Below, one piece after another: positions 33,052-45,961 of a stretch of DNA of 64,000 nt. This stretch comes from Neophaeotheca triangularis (lineage: Eukaryota): positions 186,001 through 250,000 of the forward strand of contig BAAIJX010000028.1 in the NCBI GenBank assembly GCA_054600435.1, read 5' to 3'. Position numbers and translations under genes: made by a program. The notes under the pieces were generated by a model, which worked only from the letters and a program-made list of their open reading frames with translations, was not told the DNA's origin and made no database searches. Positions within the stretch are counted from its first letter, which is position 1, and each line of letters opens with the position of its first letter.

Positions 33052-34452
33052 TCAAGCAGCGCTCTTCTTAAAAAGCATGCGAATGCCACTAGGCTCCTTA
33101 CCAGCCTTCTCCCTCCTCTTCTTATCCGCCTTCTCCGCCTCAACCGCCTCCTTCCTCTCCTTCTTCTCCCTCCCACTCCTCGAAGCCTTATCACTTTTCT
33201 CCCGCATCTCCCTAGCCTTCTTCTCCTTCTTCTTCTCCTTCTTCCCCTCACTCTTCTTCAAATCCGCCTCGGTCAATCTGCCCTCGGCAATCAACGTGCG
33301 CGTAGCCGCGGGCGTCACGAACTCGCCATCCACGCTAGTTCCCAAACTCTCGGCTTCCACTTCGGCGATGCCGCGACGCCAATTTTCGATGCGGTTGATT
33401 TCACGCAACTCGTCGACATCGCTTAGAGCCGGGCTGTCATCGCCGTTCTCGTTGTACTCGAGACCGCGGATCGCGGCTGCTTCGGCTTTGGCTTCGTTGT
33501 TGGCTTTGATGCGTTTGACGATCTTGTAGCCCCCAAAGGCGATGATGGTCACGCCGACGCCGACGCCGGCCGCGATGGCAAATTGAGGCGAGGCGAGCAG
33601 GGCGATGACGGCTGGGAAAGCGCCTTTCAGGGATGCGAGCGCTCCTGGTGCCATTTTCGCGGCGAGGGTGCTGATTTCTCCTAGTGTGAGAGCCACAGCA
33701 GCGAGAGCATCGGGGTTCTTCTGGAGGTTGTCGATTGTGGCTGTGACAGAGTGCTGGACGCAGTTGCATTCGTCAAGGAGCTGTTGGAGTGTGGTCATCT
33801 TTTGGCGAAGTTCGACTTCCGTATCGTACTTGCGTTCGGGGAGAGGCGGCGGCATCTCGCCGTACGCGAGGTCCATGTCGACTTCCGAGAAGCTTGCGCT
33901 GCGTGCAGTGGTGGGACGGCGGCTGCGTGGTGAGGTTGGTCCGTCCGTGTTCCTACGCACGAGCTCGTGTCCACGGACATCTTCGCCAAGTGTGCCGTTG
34001 GAATCGAAACGTAGCGGAGATGGGCGACCGGCACCGCTTCGACGAGCTCGATCGTTTCGGTCGTTGGTGTAGAAGCTATCAGAGTAGCCACGCTCCATGG
34101 GTGGGCAACCTCTCGTACGACGACGATCCGAACTTCTCCTCGAAGACCTCCCATCATCGCTGCCTCGCCGTCCACTTCTCATAGATGATCTGCCATCATC
34201 GCTACCCCTTCGCGAGCTTCTCCTTGAGCTGGTGTCGCTCTCGTCATCCAACTTCAGTTCCTCCATCCGCTGACGAGATTTGAGCTCTTTCTCCTTGCTC
34301 TCTGCTTCATCTCTTCTCCGAGCCTTGAGCTCTGCTTTCCGCTCGCCATATGCACTCTTTGCCTCCTTGAAAACGTTGACAATGTGCTTGGACGACTTGA
34401 CGACTTTGCCGGATTTGTTGACGACCGTTACGGTCTGACCTAGGGCGACCAT
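33052..34452 (-). CDS. Hypothetical protein (466 aa; one or two TM segments, Lys/Glu-rich tail)
   Basis: Long single-exon ORF with coding-like codon usage; hydrophobic segment AVIALLASPQFAIAAGVGVGVTIIAFGGY; no function recognised. Confidence 0.75.
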   Translation of the reverse strand: MVALGQTVTVVNKSGKVVKSSKHIVNVFKEAKSAYGERKAELKARRRDEAESKEKELKSRQRMEELKLDDESDTSSRRSSRRGSDDGRSSMRSGRRGSDDGRSSRRSSDRRRTRGCPPMERGYSDSFYTNDRNDRARRSGAGRPSPLRFDSNGTLGEDVRGHELVRRNTDGPTSPRSRRPTTARSASFSEVDMDLAYGEMPPPLPERKYDTEVELRQKMTTLQQLLDECNCVQHSVTATIDNLQKNPDALAAVALTLGEISTLAAKMAPGALASLKGAFPAVIALLASPQFAIAAGVGVGVTIIAFGGYKIVKRIKANNEAKAEAAAIRGLEYNENGDDSPALSDVDELREINRIENWRRGIAEVEAESLGTSVDGEFVTPAATRTLIAEGRLTEADLKKSEGKKEKKKEKKAREMREKSDKASRSGREKKERKEAVEAEKADKKRREKAGKEPSGIRMLFKKSAA

Positions 34453-36717
34453 TATTTAATTGGTGTGTGGTGTGGTGGGGTGGGGGAATTGGTGTTGTGG
34501 CTATTATTGGCTCGACCAGCAAGCTAGGTGTATTAAATGTATTGAAAGTGATTTGGGTGTGCAAGGTATGGCTTGATAGAAAAGTCGAGGGGATGGTCCT
34601 TGGGTAGAGGATGGGTCTGCGATGTCTCTTGTATCCGGAACAAAGATCAGATATAGATTGCGGAACAAAGAAGCGGACAAGGCAAGACAAACAGCCGACC
34701 AGTCCAAGCGAATGAGATACACGCTACGCGCTGAATGGTCCTGTCAAGCTACTTTGTGCTTCGCTGGTGCAGTCCCTAAGCTGCAAGGCGTTGTAGGTTG
34801 GGGTGCTGATGTCTCGCGACGTCTAGGTAGGACACGGTGTATCGTATGCGAATGCGGACTTGACGTATAATTGCAGCGATAGCGCCTCGCTGTCCTGAGG
34901 TGTCAAGAGGCAGTAGGTAGGTAGGTAGGTAGAGAGGGAGGTAGTTTGGAGTCGTCTGAAGTGGCAGGTTGTGGTTGGTCCTGGGTGCTGGCGTTTGGGC
35001 GGCAATAGGTCCTTAATGGCTATAGGCGCCGCGTACGGGTCAAGCGATCAGGTCGGGGTCGTTGTGCAATTTGTGCTGGTCTTGGAAAAAGGTCGGAGGT
35101 CGAGGTAAAGGCCTTGACGGCCTAGTAGAAAGGCCAGGGCAACCTTTGATTTTATCTTTGCAGTCAATGACTTCCCGTTAAGGTCCTTACTGCGGTGAGG
35201 ACGAGGCGGTGACTGACGAAATTTGTGGCTGTGCTGCGCTGGGGATGTGTGGCGTCGGCCATGGTCGGTGATTGGAAGTCAATAATTCCGACCGCACCTG
35301 CACTGCACCCTTTGACATCGCCTAGCAAGTCACGCAACGAGGGAAGCTAAGTCATAACACCAAGAAAGGGCTTCTTCGCTATAGCCTTTTCTACTCACTC
35401 CTACGACCATCTTGCCCGTAACGCAGCAGCTGGATGATGTTTTTCCAACTGTAGCTAACAAAAGCAGACGCCCAGCGCATCTAACAGGTCCCATCTCGGT
35501 CACTGCATCCTGGTCAACATCCAAGATCTGCGACTGATAGACCCGTCTAAAACGCCTTTCAGTCTTCGGTAAGATCAACAACATGTTGTCGTGCTCGCTT
35601 AGCAAGCGGGCCAGCGTGAGGGTCCATGGCATCTGCAATCTTCTTTCTGGGTCTGGTAGATTGCGCTTCATGGTGTTAGAATCATGGTTCTGTTGCAGCC
35701 GAAGCAACGAGGCTGACATAGCTCCCGGGGTCGTTAGTCGACTGTGCTCCGGGCAGCGGTCGACGGTTCTGCGGTGGTTGGGTGCTTTCGGGTTGGCCAT
35801 GTGGCGGAAAGCTGGACCTTTCCTCAGGAGAATGCACAGCAGGCGGTCAGGCGGCGTAAAAGTCTTGGGTGAAGCCTGGTCGCCGTCTCTTCATGCGGAA
35901 CATTGCCTCCAGTGTTGACCTAGGACGTTCTGGCGTGGTGTTGGAGCCAGCAGAGAGTTTCGGGGTAGGTGTTGGCTGGCTGGATCTAGGGAGACTAGAG
36001 TGATGGATTATGTTGAAGCCACCAGGAGGCCGTGTGTGGTGCTTTCACTGCTTTGGCTGCTTTGGCTGACCGAATCGAGCCGCTGAGGTTTGACTGTTAG
36101 ACTTGTGCGTTGAAAACTTTGCGGCTTCAGCGGAGTGCCTTGGGCCTTGGGCTACCTGGAAATCTCCCGACAGCAGGCATGGTTCCAGGGTCTTTCTGGT
36201 TCTTGAAACGTTCTAAACGGAGAGAGCCCTCATCGAGTCGAGCAAGCGTAGGCAGGCTGCATCGCGATGGTTAAATGGTCTCCTGATGCTATCCTTCGTT
36301 AAAGTCTAAAGTTCCAGGTTGCGCGATATGAATCCGTGTCGCCAGTAGAGTCGACAGAACGCGGCAAATCGCGACAACTCGTGACAGCTCTTTGCTACCA
36401 GACAGACTTTCCACTTTAAACTCAAAACCGTTTCCATCACCCGTGGACATCTTCAGCCGAAATCATTGATCATCACCGTCACACACCGTCACGCCGTTTG
36501 TTCTAAATCGTAGAGCGTTGATCGCCACAGGGTGAGAAACCGGACGCCAAACCACGAAAAATTGGCCGCGAAAATGCTGACACCAAAGATGTACAAAGCT
36601 TTCCAGTCGCTGCTTCTTAACAAGATAGCGTAATCCGCGCTGGACCATCGACAAGGTATGAGGTGTAATTCGTAATTAAACATTAGAAAAAAACAAGGGG
36701 GTCCCTGAAGGGCGATC

Positions 36718-38155
36718 TCATCCACGCGCCGAGTTGGCCCTCGCGACATTCCCCGGCACCAACCCAACCATGCTCGCATGCACAAAGGGAGCGTCAGTCG
36801 GCGCATAAGACACTTGCACCTCGGTTGTGACGACGATGCCGGTCCGGTCACTCTGCGTTCCTTGTCCCCCATCGCGTCCCGCTTTGTCCACCATGTTTTC
36901 CTCGCTCTCCGCCGAGATGCGGCTTGAGGTCGTCCGGCCGCCCTTGGAGAGCATCGTTCCCACTGAGATGTTCTCCCAGCGTTTTTGCGAAGGTGGTTCG
37001 GGCTCCCATGTTGGTGCCGTGGGGCGGCTGAAGAGGGGCCGGAGGAAAGGGACGCAGCTGTGTGGTTGGAGGTGTATGGTCAGCTGGTGTCTCTTGTTGG
37101 TTGCGCTTGGTTGTGTGCAGTACTCACCCAGAAATGATGACCACGTTGAGCTCGACGGCGAGCCAGATGGTATAAGTGTTGAGGTCGTCTGGTTTGCTTT
37201 GTTTAGTGACCGCTAATAAGTAATCATGTCGGCGGGATACTCACAGGAATAGTCGATGATGGAACTTAACAGCTTGGCCTCGTAAGTTTTGACAATTGCG
37301 GCGACAAGCGCGAGTACGCTCAAGCACAGCATCAAAGCCAAGGTAATCTTCTGCCGCTTTGTGAGCCTGGAGTGCGTGATGAGAATCGCAGGTAGGAGCG
37401 TGAGATAGGCATCGGTAAGCACGTTGAAAGAGCCGGCGAAGTAGCCAAAGTCGGTTTGAATCCGCAAGTCCAGACAACGCTCGAATATCAGAGCCGGTTG
37501 GCTAGACCAGAACACGTCGAGTTCGGTGCCACACTGTGTGTAGAAGAGGATAATGGTGGCTGAGTTGACAATCGATTGCAGCGCGATGAAGGCAAGGACC
37601 GGCCATTTGCTCGTTCTTGGGTCGGTCCCTGTCAGGAACAGCATGGTAATGAGCACAGCGATGCGCCCAAAAGTTGGGGAGATCCACCCCCAACCCACGG
37701 CGACGACGCTCCAGTACATGGTGCTGTCCATCTCAGTCCAGTGGAGATGCAGCAGGTGTCGGCCCAAGCCGTTCTGCGCGGCTACTGTCACGAAGCTCGC
37801 ATGTAATAATCCGCATACCTTCAACACATGTCAGCATTCAAATTCTCCGCATTGCGACAGGCTAGCTTACCCATGAAAGAATCATGAGCGCATCGTCGTA
37901 GTAAATGCGCCGGGTAATACGCAGTTTTGCCCAAAGCCTGGCGACGATGAAGCATGCCGACACAGCCAGCAAGATCCATATCACCCGAAGTAACCGGGGT
38001 GCCTTCGAATGATCCTCGGGATATGTTCCATTCGCCAGTTGCTCCAAGATGTCTTCTACAATCTTGGTGCGACTTGATGTTAGGATATCGTTGTTCAAGA
38101 TCTTGTTGAGGGTTTCGTGGCTGTCCTGGTCTATAGGAGGGCCGTCTCTGTCCAT
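36718..38155 (-). CDS. PTH11-like (fungal rhodopsin-domain) 7TM membrane protein lacking CFEM
   Basis: Exons 38155-37871, 37818-37245, 37188-37128, 37057-36718 (419 aa). ARLWAK..YYDD, GLGRH, QC, NVLTDAYLTLLP, WLAVELNVVIISGCVP.LRPL. Confidence 0.87.
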
Positions 38156-40259
38156 AGTATCGTCTTGGCAAGGTATGGGACCTCACTCAAGAGGACTCAG
38201 AAAGAGAAGAGGCGTCGGCGTAAGTAGATGGAGACCATACAGTCTCTTTAGAGGGGCATAGCAATTCCAGAACGGTCCAGCAGTGCTACGGTAGTAGTAT
38301 TCCCCGGCGGCTCTGAGGGGTACAAGGCATGCGGACAGGCTGTTGAAGCTTGTTTGGACTCTATCGTCAATGATGATGGATGTGTGGTTCGGCAGGCGGT
38401 GGCCATTGACCAGCTGAGCAAGCTACCTACTAGCGAGAACCGAACGATCACCGTGCAACAAACGTGCAGGGGGCTCCCGCGAGTCCCGCGACGGCATTGG
38501 GGATGTTCGCTAGGGAATATCCAGGCGAACTGATTAGAATAAATTTGCCTAGTAAGCCCAGCAGGGTCCCGGTGCGATACATGATGGGATTTATCAAACA
38601 AAGGGACTCGGCCTGTCGACTTGATACCGATGGAGCGGCACACGCAAGACTCGGCAAGGTAGAGGAGCTCGAGAAGGGGGTGGCAAAAATCATCTCTCCT
38701 CACCGTGATGGTCCTAGTGGTAGTGCAGAGACTCGAGACTAGTTTCAGGAACAACCTTGGAAGACTCTACTATACTACGAAAATAAGCGTCACCTTGGAG
38801 TCTTCAGTAGTCATCATCGTCTCTTGGTCGCTGCATTTCGGTATTGACCATGGCTTATGTGAGAAGTGCCGTCGTGGTTAGATCTCAACTTGAATCATGA
38901 CCTCTTTCGTTTGCCACGTTGTTCGGCGAGCAAGGGAGACAGACGTGCATGGACCATGGAGATGGTCCTGTCGCGCTGCAGGAGCAGTAGTGAGTGGCCA
39001 ACGGCTAGGACCAATGTTCCATTGTCCATTGGATTGTCCAGGGGTATAAGATGCAGATCGGGGACTGATGAGTTTCTTCTGGTGAATAAAATTCACAAAA
39101 AACAAAAAGGTGGCGGAACGGAACCGACCTGCAAGGCCTTGCCAATGCAGCCAATGCCGTCCCGTAACTGTGAGCGAACATGGCACGTGCAATGGAAGTT
39201 GCAGGGTTGCAGGGATTCTGCACGCGATTGACAAGCTTCACTATGTACTTCACTATTCCTTCATTACCTCGCTGCCGAGCGTCAAGTATATGACTTTTAT
39301 ATTACCTCCTCCTACCGTGCGATTGGCACTCTTTCGCTTAGAGATTGACACGATAGCACGGGCCAAGATTCAGAAGAATACAATACGTTTACGGCTCTGG
39401 AGATTAGAAGCCTGAAGCCTCTGATGGCCGTGGCCCGTGGGCGTTGAAGAACTTCTGAATCTTCCACAACGATAGACAACATACTGATGTTACTGATGAT
39501 ATCAATCGTCGCTCATTCACCGGGGTCGCCACCTTAAGGTACAAACACAGCGCGGCACCATGATGCTGCAATATTCGCCAGAGCCATGCGTGAAGCATGG
39601 ATAGTGGAGCTTACACCGAAGATGCGCCATGTCATCTTTCACTTCTCGCACTCTCCCAATGTTTGGATGGCCCCATATCATAGAGCCTCCGGAGCGGCCT
39701 GCGGAAAATCGTAGTCGATCCTGTTGACCTGACGGTGCGTGCTCTCTCAGAAAGTATCACCAGAGGCAATATCAACCAACGGGATAACTCGTCTATGTTC
39801 GCGAGTCTCCGCCAGGCATGCGGTCCTCTAGAATGATGCCACTCGCCGCCAGTCCGCCTGGAGAAAGGGCAAGGTGACCTGGATGAAGACCCAACCCGTG
39901 AGAAGAAGTTGGCCTTGGTCATGCTTTGGAGTTCCGCAAAACATCCTGGCCCGGCATCTCGCTGTAACTATTTCCATGCCTCGAAAAGGTGACGAGAAAG
40001 GTTCCTAACAGTGCGAGGTATGCTAACGCTTAACCAAAGACCTGTTGCAAAGGCTGAATTTCTGCGGTATGCAAGATTCGTCAAATTATACATTCCAGCT
40101 GAGGACATCTCATTCGAGCCCGCCTGGCGGTTACCATTGTTTACAATGCGCCTCAAGAATGCTCGCGAGACGTGCATCAAAGCAAGTGAACCCCAATAAA
40201 ATACACCGTCTCATGTTCGCTGCTCGTTCTCAAGAGTATCGGCACCTACATCGCTCACG

Positions 40260-43200
40260 ATGTTACTGTCTAAAGCGTCTTTCGTTTCGTTGCTTCTCAC
40301 GACTAGCCCTTCCTTCGCTCAAGATATTACCTTCACGAACACTCTGACTACTTGTAGAGATGGCACCTGCACTGCAAAGCAAGGGCCTACACCAGACTTG
40401 CAGCACGACATTACCCACACAAATACCAGGACCATTTGCGACAAGCCAACTTGCACGAAGCACGCTCCTCTGGTCATCACGGAGAGCGTGGGAACCTGCA
40501 CTACGAGCTGTAGCCAGCTTCATTACACTGCTGGCACTACCACATTTACCCTCGCTTGCTGCCCGACGAGTACTTGCCCGCCGAAGAAGGTCCAAATCTC
40601 GACGATCACAACGACTGAGTATGCCGAAGGTTCCGCACCACCTCCCAACACTGTTTACGAGACGACCACGGCTCCGGCAACAACGGCTACCTCTACAATC
40701 TTTGAGAATTGTTCTGGCGCATCTTTCATCAGCATCACCGATACCGAGTTTGTAACCACTACCGAGTACGAGACTGGGCCTGCGCCTGAGGAGGTGACCA
40801 TCACCGCCACAGAATGTGGGCTAGATTGTGCCGCTCCTCCGACCACGGTGACGGCCACTGAATACGAGAGCGGCCCTGCGCCTGAGGAAGTGTTCATCAC
40901 GACCACGGAGTGTGGGTTAAATTGTTTCACCACGGTCACTGAGACTGGCGGTGCGCCTGCTGGAGAGACCGTCACTGAATGTGGGCCTGAGTGCGCACCT
41001 CCGGTAACTACAGTCTTTGAAACTCAGTGCGGATCGGATTGCGCACCCCCGGCGACTACAGTGACGGAGACAGAATTCGAGGCCGGGCCACCTCCTGCAA
41101 CGGTCATATCGACAGAGTTTGTGACTGAGAGTGCGCTTCCACCAACTACAGTGACGCAGACGGAATTTGAGGCCGGCCCCCCTCCTGCGACAGTCATATC
41201 GACAGAATTTGTGACTGAAAGTGCGCTTCCACCAACTACAGTGACGCAGACGGAATTTGAGGCCGGCCCCCCTCCTGCAACAGTCGTATCGACGGAGTTT
41301 GTGACTGAAAGTGCTCTTCCACCAACTACAGTGACGACCACGCAGTTTGAGTCCGGTCCTGCGCCTGAGGAGATTACGATTATATCCACTCAATGTGGGC
41401 CGGAATGCGCTGTGACACTTCCGCCTGTGACGGTAGTTTCCACAGAGACTACCATTCAATTCTCAGACGGAATCGCTCCACCGGCTTCGACAATCATCCA
41501 AACGGTCACCCCCTTGGCTTCCACTGAATCTGTTACCGCGACGGTGTTCCAGGACTGTTCCGGCTCAGCGCCGCCGGCCTCTACTGTCGTTACGACTGTG
41601 CTGGAAATAAGCACCTTGAGTGGTTCTGTGGAAACTGTCACAGAGACCATTGCTCCTGGCACAGTCATTCAAGCGACAACTGAAACGATCGTGCAAACTG
41701 TCACTCTTCCAGGCGAGGCTGTCACTCAGCCTGCTTCGACAGAGACAGTAAGTGCTGCAACCGGCGTTTTATGGAAAACCCCATTGGAGCGCGCTAGCTA
41801 ACTCAGAACACCAGGTCTTCGAAACTGATACTGAAGTAGAAACAGTGACGGGTGAGTATCTGGTTGTTTATGCCTCCGGGTCACACCGCTTATCATGAAA
41901 TCTAGTTGTTACCGCCCCTGGAGCCTCGATACTCACTGAGACACAAGTTATCACCGAGGTGCCCATTGCGTCTACCATCATTGAAACGAGCACAGTAACG
42001 CCTCCAGGTAAATATTGTCGTCCGGCAGACGAGAGAAGAGCTAGTCAAGCTAACCTCGTACGCAGCGATCACCGAGACAGTGTCGAATACAGGTGAGCTT
42101 AGGTTATCTATTTCTATGTATATGGTCATCGCTAACTCTAATGTAGTTACCGCTGCAGGGGAAGTTGTTACGGCTACTGAGACATTTACGCAAGCTTGCA
42201 CATTGCCTCGTACGTATCTCCGCTTCGGACTGTCTGAGCAATGCTAACGAAGGATTGTTACAGCAACGACACCTCCTGAAGAACCGGAAGAATACGTACC
42301 TGTGCCTTATGAGCCCCGTCCCGATGGTTACCAGGTGCCTTTGCCCCCACCGCCGCCAACCGGACCTCCAGCCTACGAGCCAGCACAACCGTTGCCTCCT
42401 GCTTATCCCGACATTGGTAAGCCATCTCCAGAGTATCTACAATCTCTCTTTCGTACTAACTGTTGCCAGGCGAAGCAGAATGCATAGTCCCTACCGGACC
42501 GCGGATTCTCGCCATCGTCGACCAAGACGATTGGTTCAACACCATACCAGGTGGCCAAATTCCCAACACGAACAGAGACGTAATCTTGGTCCCAACAGGC
42601 ACCCTCTCATTCGCCACATCTCTTATTTTCACACCCGATGGTCAGGCGCAGATCCGCAACCGGGCTGGCGTGTTGCTGAGTGCAAACATGAACCTCGGCG
42701 AGCCCGTCAGCTCAATCTACTTCGACCAGATACCTACCGATTATCCGCCGCAGTTGGTGCCCGTTACTTTCTGCCTCAACCGAGCTACCAACAGATACAG
42801 TGTTGCTGCGCGAGAGAACGGCGCAACTATCCTCCAGCTCTGTCCTACTAACAGAGGTGGTGGCGAGACAGAGCGCAGTATTGTCATCGGCATCAGGCGC
42901 GATCCTGGCTGTGAAGCCATCGAGCTGGCAGATCAAAACCCCAATACCGTGGTACCGTACCCACCACCTGCGCCTCCAGCACCAGGACCAGGTAAGTCAT
43001 GACGAAGGCTACCAAAACCTTGACTCCATTAACAAATAATCAGACCCAGTCGACGACGACGACGACGAATGCTTTGTTCCAACTTTCCCAGTCGCCTTTA
43101 TAGTCGCAGGTCGCCCAACCACCCAGTTCATAACGTTGAACCCTGGTGGCGATGTTGCCACTCAACCCGGCGATATTCGCTTGACGACCGACACGAACCA

Positions 43201-43549
43201 GGGAGGGCCGCCTCCTCTCTTCGACTTCCGTGCAAACGGCGAAGCGTACATTGGATTTGGCTCTACTCAACTGACGCTAAATACCGAGACCGTGAACGTA
43301 GTGAATCCGATGCGGTTCGATAACGCAGCCAACGGCCTTAATGGCCGGGCTACTCTCCGCTTTTGCGTCAATCGAGCCACCAGGCTGTACACCGTTACAT
43401 CAGCTGCGGACCCAACGTTCAATACCATTTTGCTCTGTGGCGGAACCGGTTCCACACGCCTAGGGGGCTTGATTCAGATTACTCGATCCACGCAAGCCCT
43501 TTCACCTCAATGCGAAGTCATTCAATTCCAGAATAGGGATGATCTATAG
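40260..43549 (+). CDS. Secreted Thr/Pro/Glu-rich repeat protein (adhesin/mucin-like) with two C-terminal Cys-containing domains
   Basis: Eight exons (40260-41747, 41815-41851, 41906-42007, 42066-42092, 42147-42209, 42264-42416, 42470-42991, 43044-43549), all GT-AG, joining in frame to 965 aa. Signal-peptide-like MLLSKASFVSLLLTTSPSFA; no hydrophobic GPI tail. Confidence 0.8.
41055..41336 (+). repeat. Coding tandem repeat, 90-bp unit, 3 copies plus a partial copy
   Basis: ACTACAGTGACG recurs at 41055, 41145, 41235 and 41325; unit encodes TTVT(E/Q)TEFEAGPPPATV(I/V)STEFVTESALPP. Confidence 0.95.
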
Positions 43550-43894
43550 AGACGTGTTGACCTAGTGTTGAAAACTAGGTTGGAAGGATGGTCGATGGGG
43601 TTTCATTCCTAGCAGCAGAAGGCTACTTTCCTACACTGCTCGGCGATGTAGTATGTCTTTCGAATGATTTGGATATGGTTGTAATGCGTAATCACACCTG
43701 GCCTTGTGCTCGAAGTTCTTTTCAACAAACATCGGCTTTTTCGTCTTTCTCTTTCAAGATGCGCTATAGTCGTACTGGATGTCCTCACCAGTAGGAAAAT
43801 CTTGCTCAAAGTTTGTTCTTGAGACTTCTGAAGCTTTGGGTCGGCGTGACACCTGGATCGGAAGAGAGTAAGACGCACACACTTTATGCTACTA

Positions 43895-45730
43895 TTATCG
43901 CGTTTTCTTCCCTCCATCTCCGGCACTCCACTCAGCCTCCTTAGAATCTATCCCACCATCAACACGAACACGGCTCTTTACCTTGAACCCCCTGACAACC
44001 TCCCTAGCTCTCCCAACGATCTTCCTAACCCCCAAAACCAACGGACTGACCGGCACCTCTTCAGCCAAAACAAAACTTCTAACCAACAGATTAAAAATAC
44101 TCCCAAACCCCAACGCAATCACCGTACTCGTCAGTATAATAACATTATACGGCATGCTAAAATCCGGCGTCGGTAGCGGCAGCAACAGCGACGCGGTCCG
44201 CAAATACTCGGATTCCGAAGCAGTGTCGTCGTTGTCGCGGGGAAGAACGCGTATGACCGCGGGTGCAACGTCGAAACCCCTGTTCGCGTCCGGCGGGTAC
44301 TCGGTGTAGCGCAGCACGGCTTTTTCAAAGTCGTAAGTGAGTTCGACGGCCGAGTGGGCTGGGATGTGGAGTTGGAGCTCTAGCTGCGTGCCGCGGCGCC
44401 GGTCCAGTGCCGGGGTGTAGAACATTTTTTCGATGGTGCCGCCGCCGTGTATTTGCAGGGTGTGGATGTACGGGCGCAGGAACCAGGGGAGCGATTCCAG
44501 GAAGATGATGTGTTGAGGGTAGGGGTGGGGGTTGCGGAGTGTGCTGTGCATGCCGCCTCGCTCTTGACCATAGCCTGTGATTTGACGGGAAGCGTGAAGA
44601 GGTGGGGCTGGGAGGTTGGCGGGGAGGGGGGTGTCTTGCTTGGTGAGTGAGAGGTCGAAGTCGGAGGTTGACGGGATGCGGTAGGTGCGAGAGAAGTCGT
44701 TGACGGTTGTTTTGATTTTGGAATTGGTAGTATCCAGTACCGCGACTTCTCGTTCGGCCGGGACTTCAAGGGTAATGTCGGGTTGCCTTGTGTCGCCTAA
44801 AGCACATGAGCCTTGAATTGGGCGACCGAAAACTTGACTTATACTCCACGCTTTTTCCCCTTCGAAACGTTTGGGGTAGCAACTGTCGTGCGCGTTGTAA
44901 GGTTTTTTCTCGTCGCAGATTATTTCTTCGATACCGACTGGTCGTGGAATGGGATCAGACAGAGGTCGCATGCTGCGATCAACGTCGAGCACAATATCGA
45001 CGGTCTGCTGCACCTCGATATCACAATCTTTGGCAGATCTGCAAACTGGCCTCACATCAACGGCCATGGTCTGCCAATTAGCATCAAAAATCTTATGGCC
45101 ATCTAGCAAGCTGGATATGCCTGCTTTCCCCTTGCATGGCAGCATCTTGAGAAACGGCGTTAGGTTTTCCGTACAAACAACCTCATGCGGCAAAGTGCCA
45201 TGCATGAGATGTAGGGTCCCATTCTTCCCGTGATTCAAAGTGCCCTCTGGATCAAAGCTCATCACCGGCCGTGTGGTCTTGGTAGAGTCGATGAAGTTCA
45301 AGCTGGCGCAGAACAGTCCACTCAACGTATTTACCAGCCCACCCCACCGCTCCTCTGCTTCTTGCGCATCCTTGCCCTCGACCCAGGCCCACAGCTCTAC
45401 ACCCGTGCCTCCTTCTCGCTTTCCATCCCGCGGCCTACTCCCCCACAGCTCCTGGTCCCATCTCCCTAAGGCGAAACGTAGATGTAGCTCCTGAGTGTGG
45501 GTGTACTGCAGAATCTGTCCAAGGGAGCGCGGGAAATAGCGAAAGTTCTGCTCGAGATACGCAGACTCCGGAGTGGACGCTGTAAAGTCGAAGCCCGCAT
45601 AGAGTGCGCCCTTGGGTAAAGGCTTCAGATGGAGGTGCTCCTGGTAATCGTGGGAAGATGACACGGCAGCATGCGCGAGAATGTTCGATACCAGGCAAGC
45701 CGGCAACGCCAAAAGCGTCGAGAGCTTCAT
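43895..45730 (-). CDS. GPI16: GPI transamidase subunit Gpi16/PIG-T
   Basis: Signal peptide, FPRSLGQI, LSGLFCASLNF, EVVCTENLTPFLKMLPC, EYPPDANRGF, LPTPDFSMPYNVIILT + TM, C-terminal KKTR ER-retrieval motif. Confidence 0.95.
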   Translation of the reverse strand: MKLSTLLALPACLVSNILAHAAVSSSHDYQEHLHLKPLPKGALYAGFDFTASTPESAYLEQNFRYFPRSLGQILQYTHTQELHLRFALGRWDQELWGSRPRDGKREGGTGVELWAWVEGKDAQEAEERWGGLVNTLSGLFCASLNFIDSTKTTRPVMSFDPEGTLNHGKNGTLHLMHGTLPHEVVCTENLTPFLKMLPCKGKAGISSLLDGHKIFDANWQTMAVDVRPVCRSAKDCDIEVQQTVDIVLDVDRSMRPLSDPIPRPVGIEEIICDEKKPYNAHDSCYPKRFEGEKAWSISQVFGRPIQGSCALGDTRQPDITLEVPAEREVAVLDTTNSKIKTTVNDFSRTYRIPSTSDFDLSLTKQDTPLPANLPAPPLHASRQITGYGQERGGMHSTLRNPHPYPQHIIFLESLPWFLRPYIHTLQIHGGGTIEKMFYTPALDRRRGTQLELQLHIPAHSAVELTYDFEKAVLRYTEYPPDANRGFDVAPAVIRVLPRDNDDTASESEYLRTASLLLPLPTPDFSMPYNVIILTSTVIALGFGSIFNLLVRSFVLAEEVPVSPLVLGVRKIVGRAREVVRGFKVKSRVRVDGGIDSKEAEWSAGDGGKKTR

Positions 45731-45961
45731 CTCTCACGGAGTGTTGGCGTTACCCGATGCGGTAACGCTGTTCCTGACACGACTGGCACATGCGGTGAGG
45801 GGGTGAGGTTGCGGAGGTGGACGCGGGAGTGCCAAGGCTACAGAGCGCATGTGAAGGCGCTCGGACACCTCGAAAGCTCACGCCAAAGTTACGTGCAAGT
45901 GCAGCTGGCGACCTCTTTCTCTCGATTCACCAACCTCGACATCGTCGCTTTATCCGCCTCG

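Noticed and set aside
35330..36200. 156-aa minus-strand ORF and flanking fragments
   Set aside because: No recognisable motif or consistent exon chain; possibly a decayed gene but not supportable.
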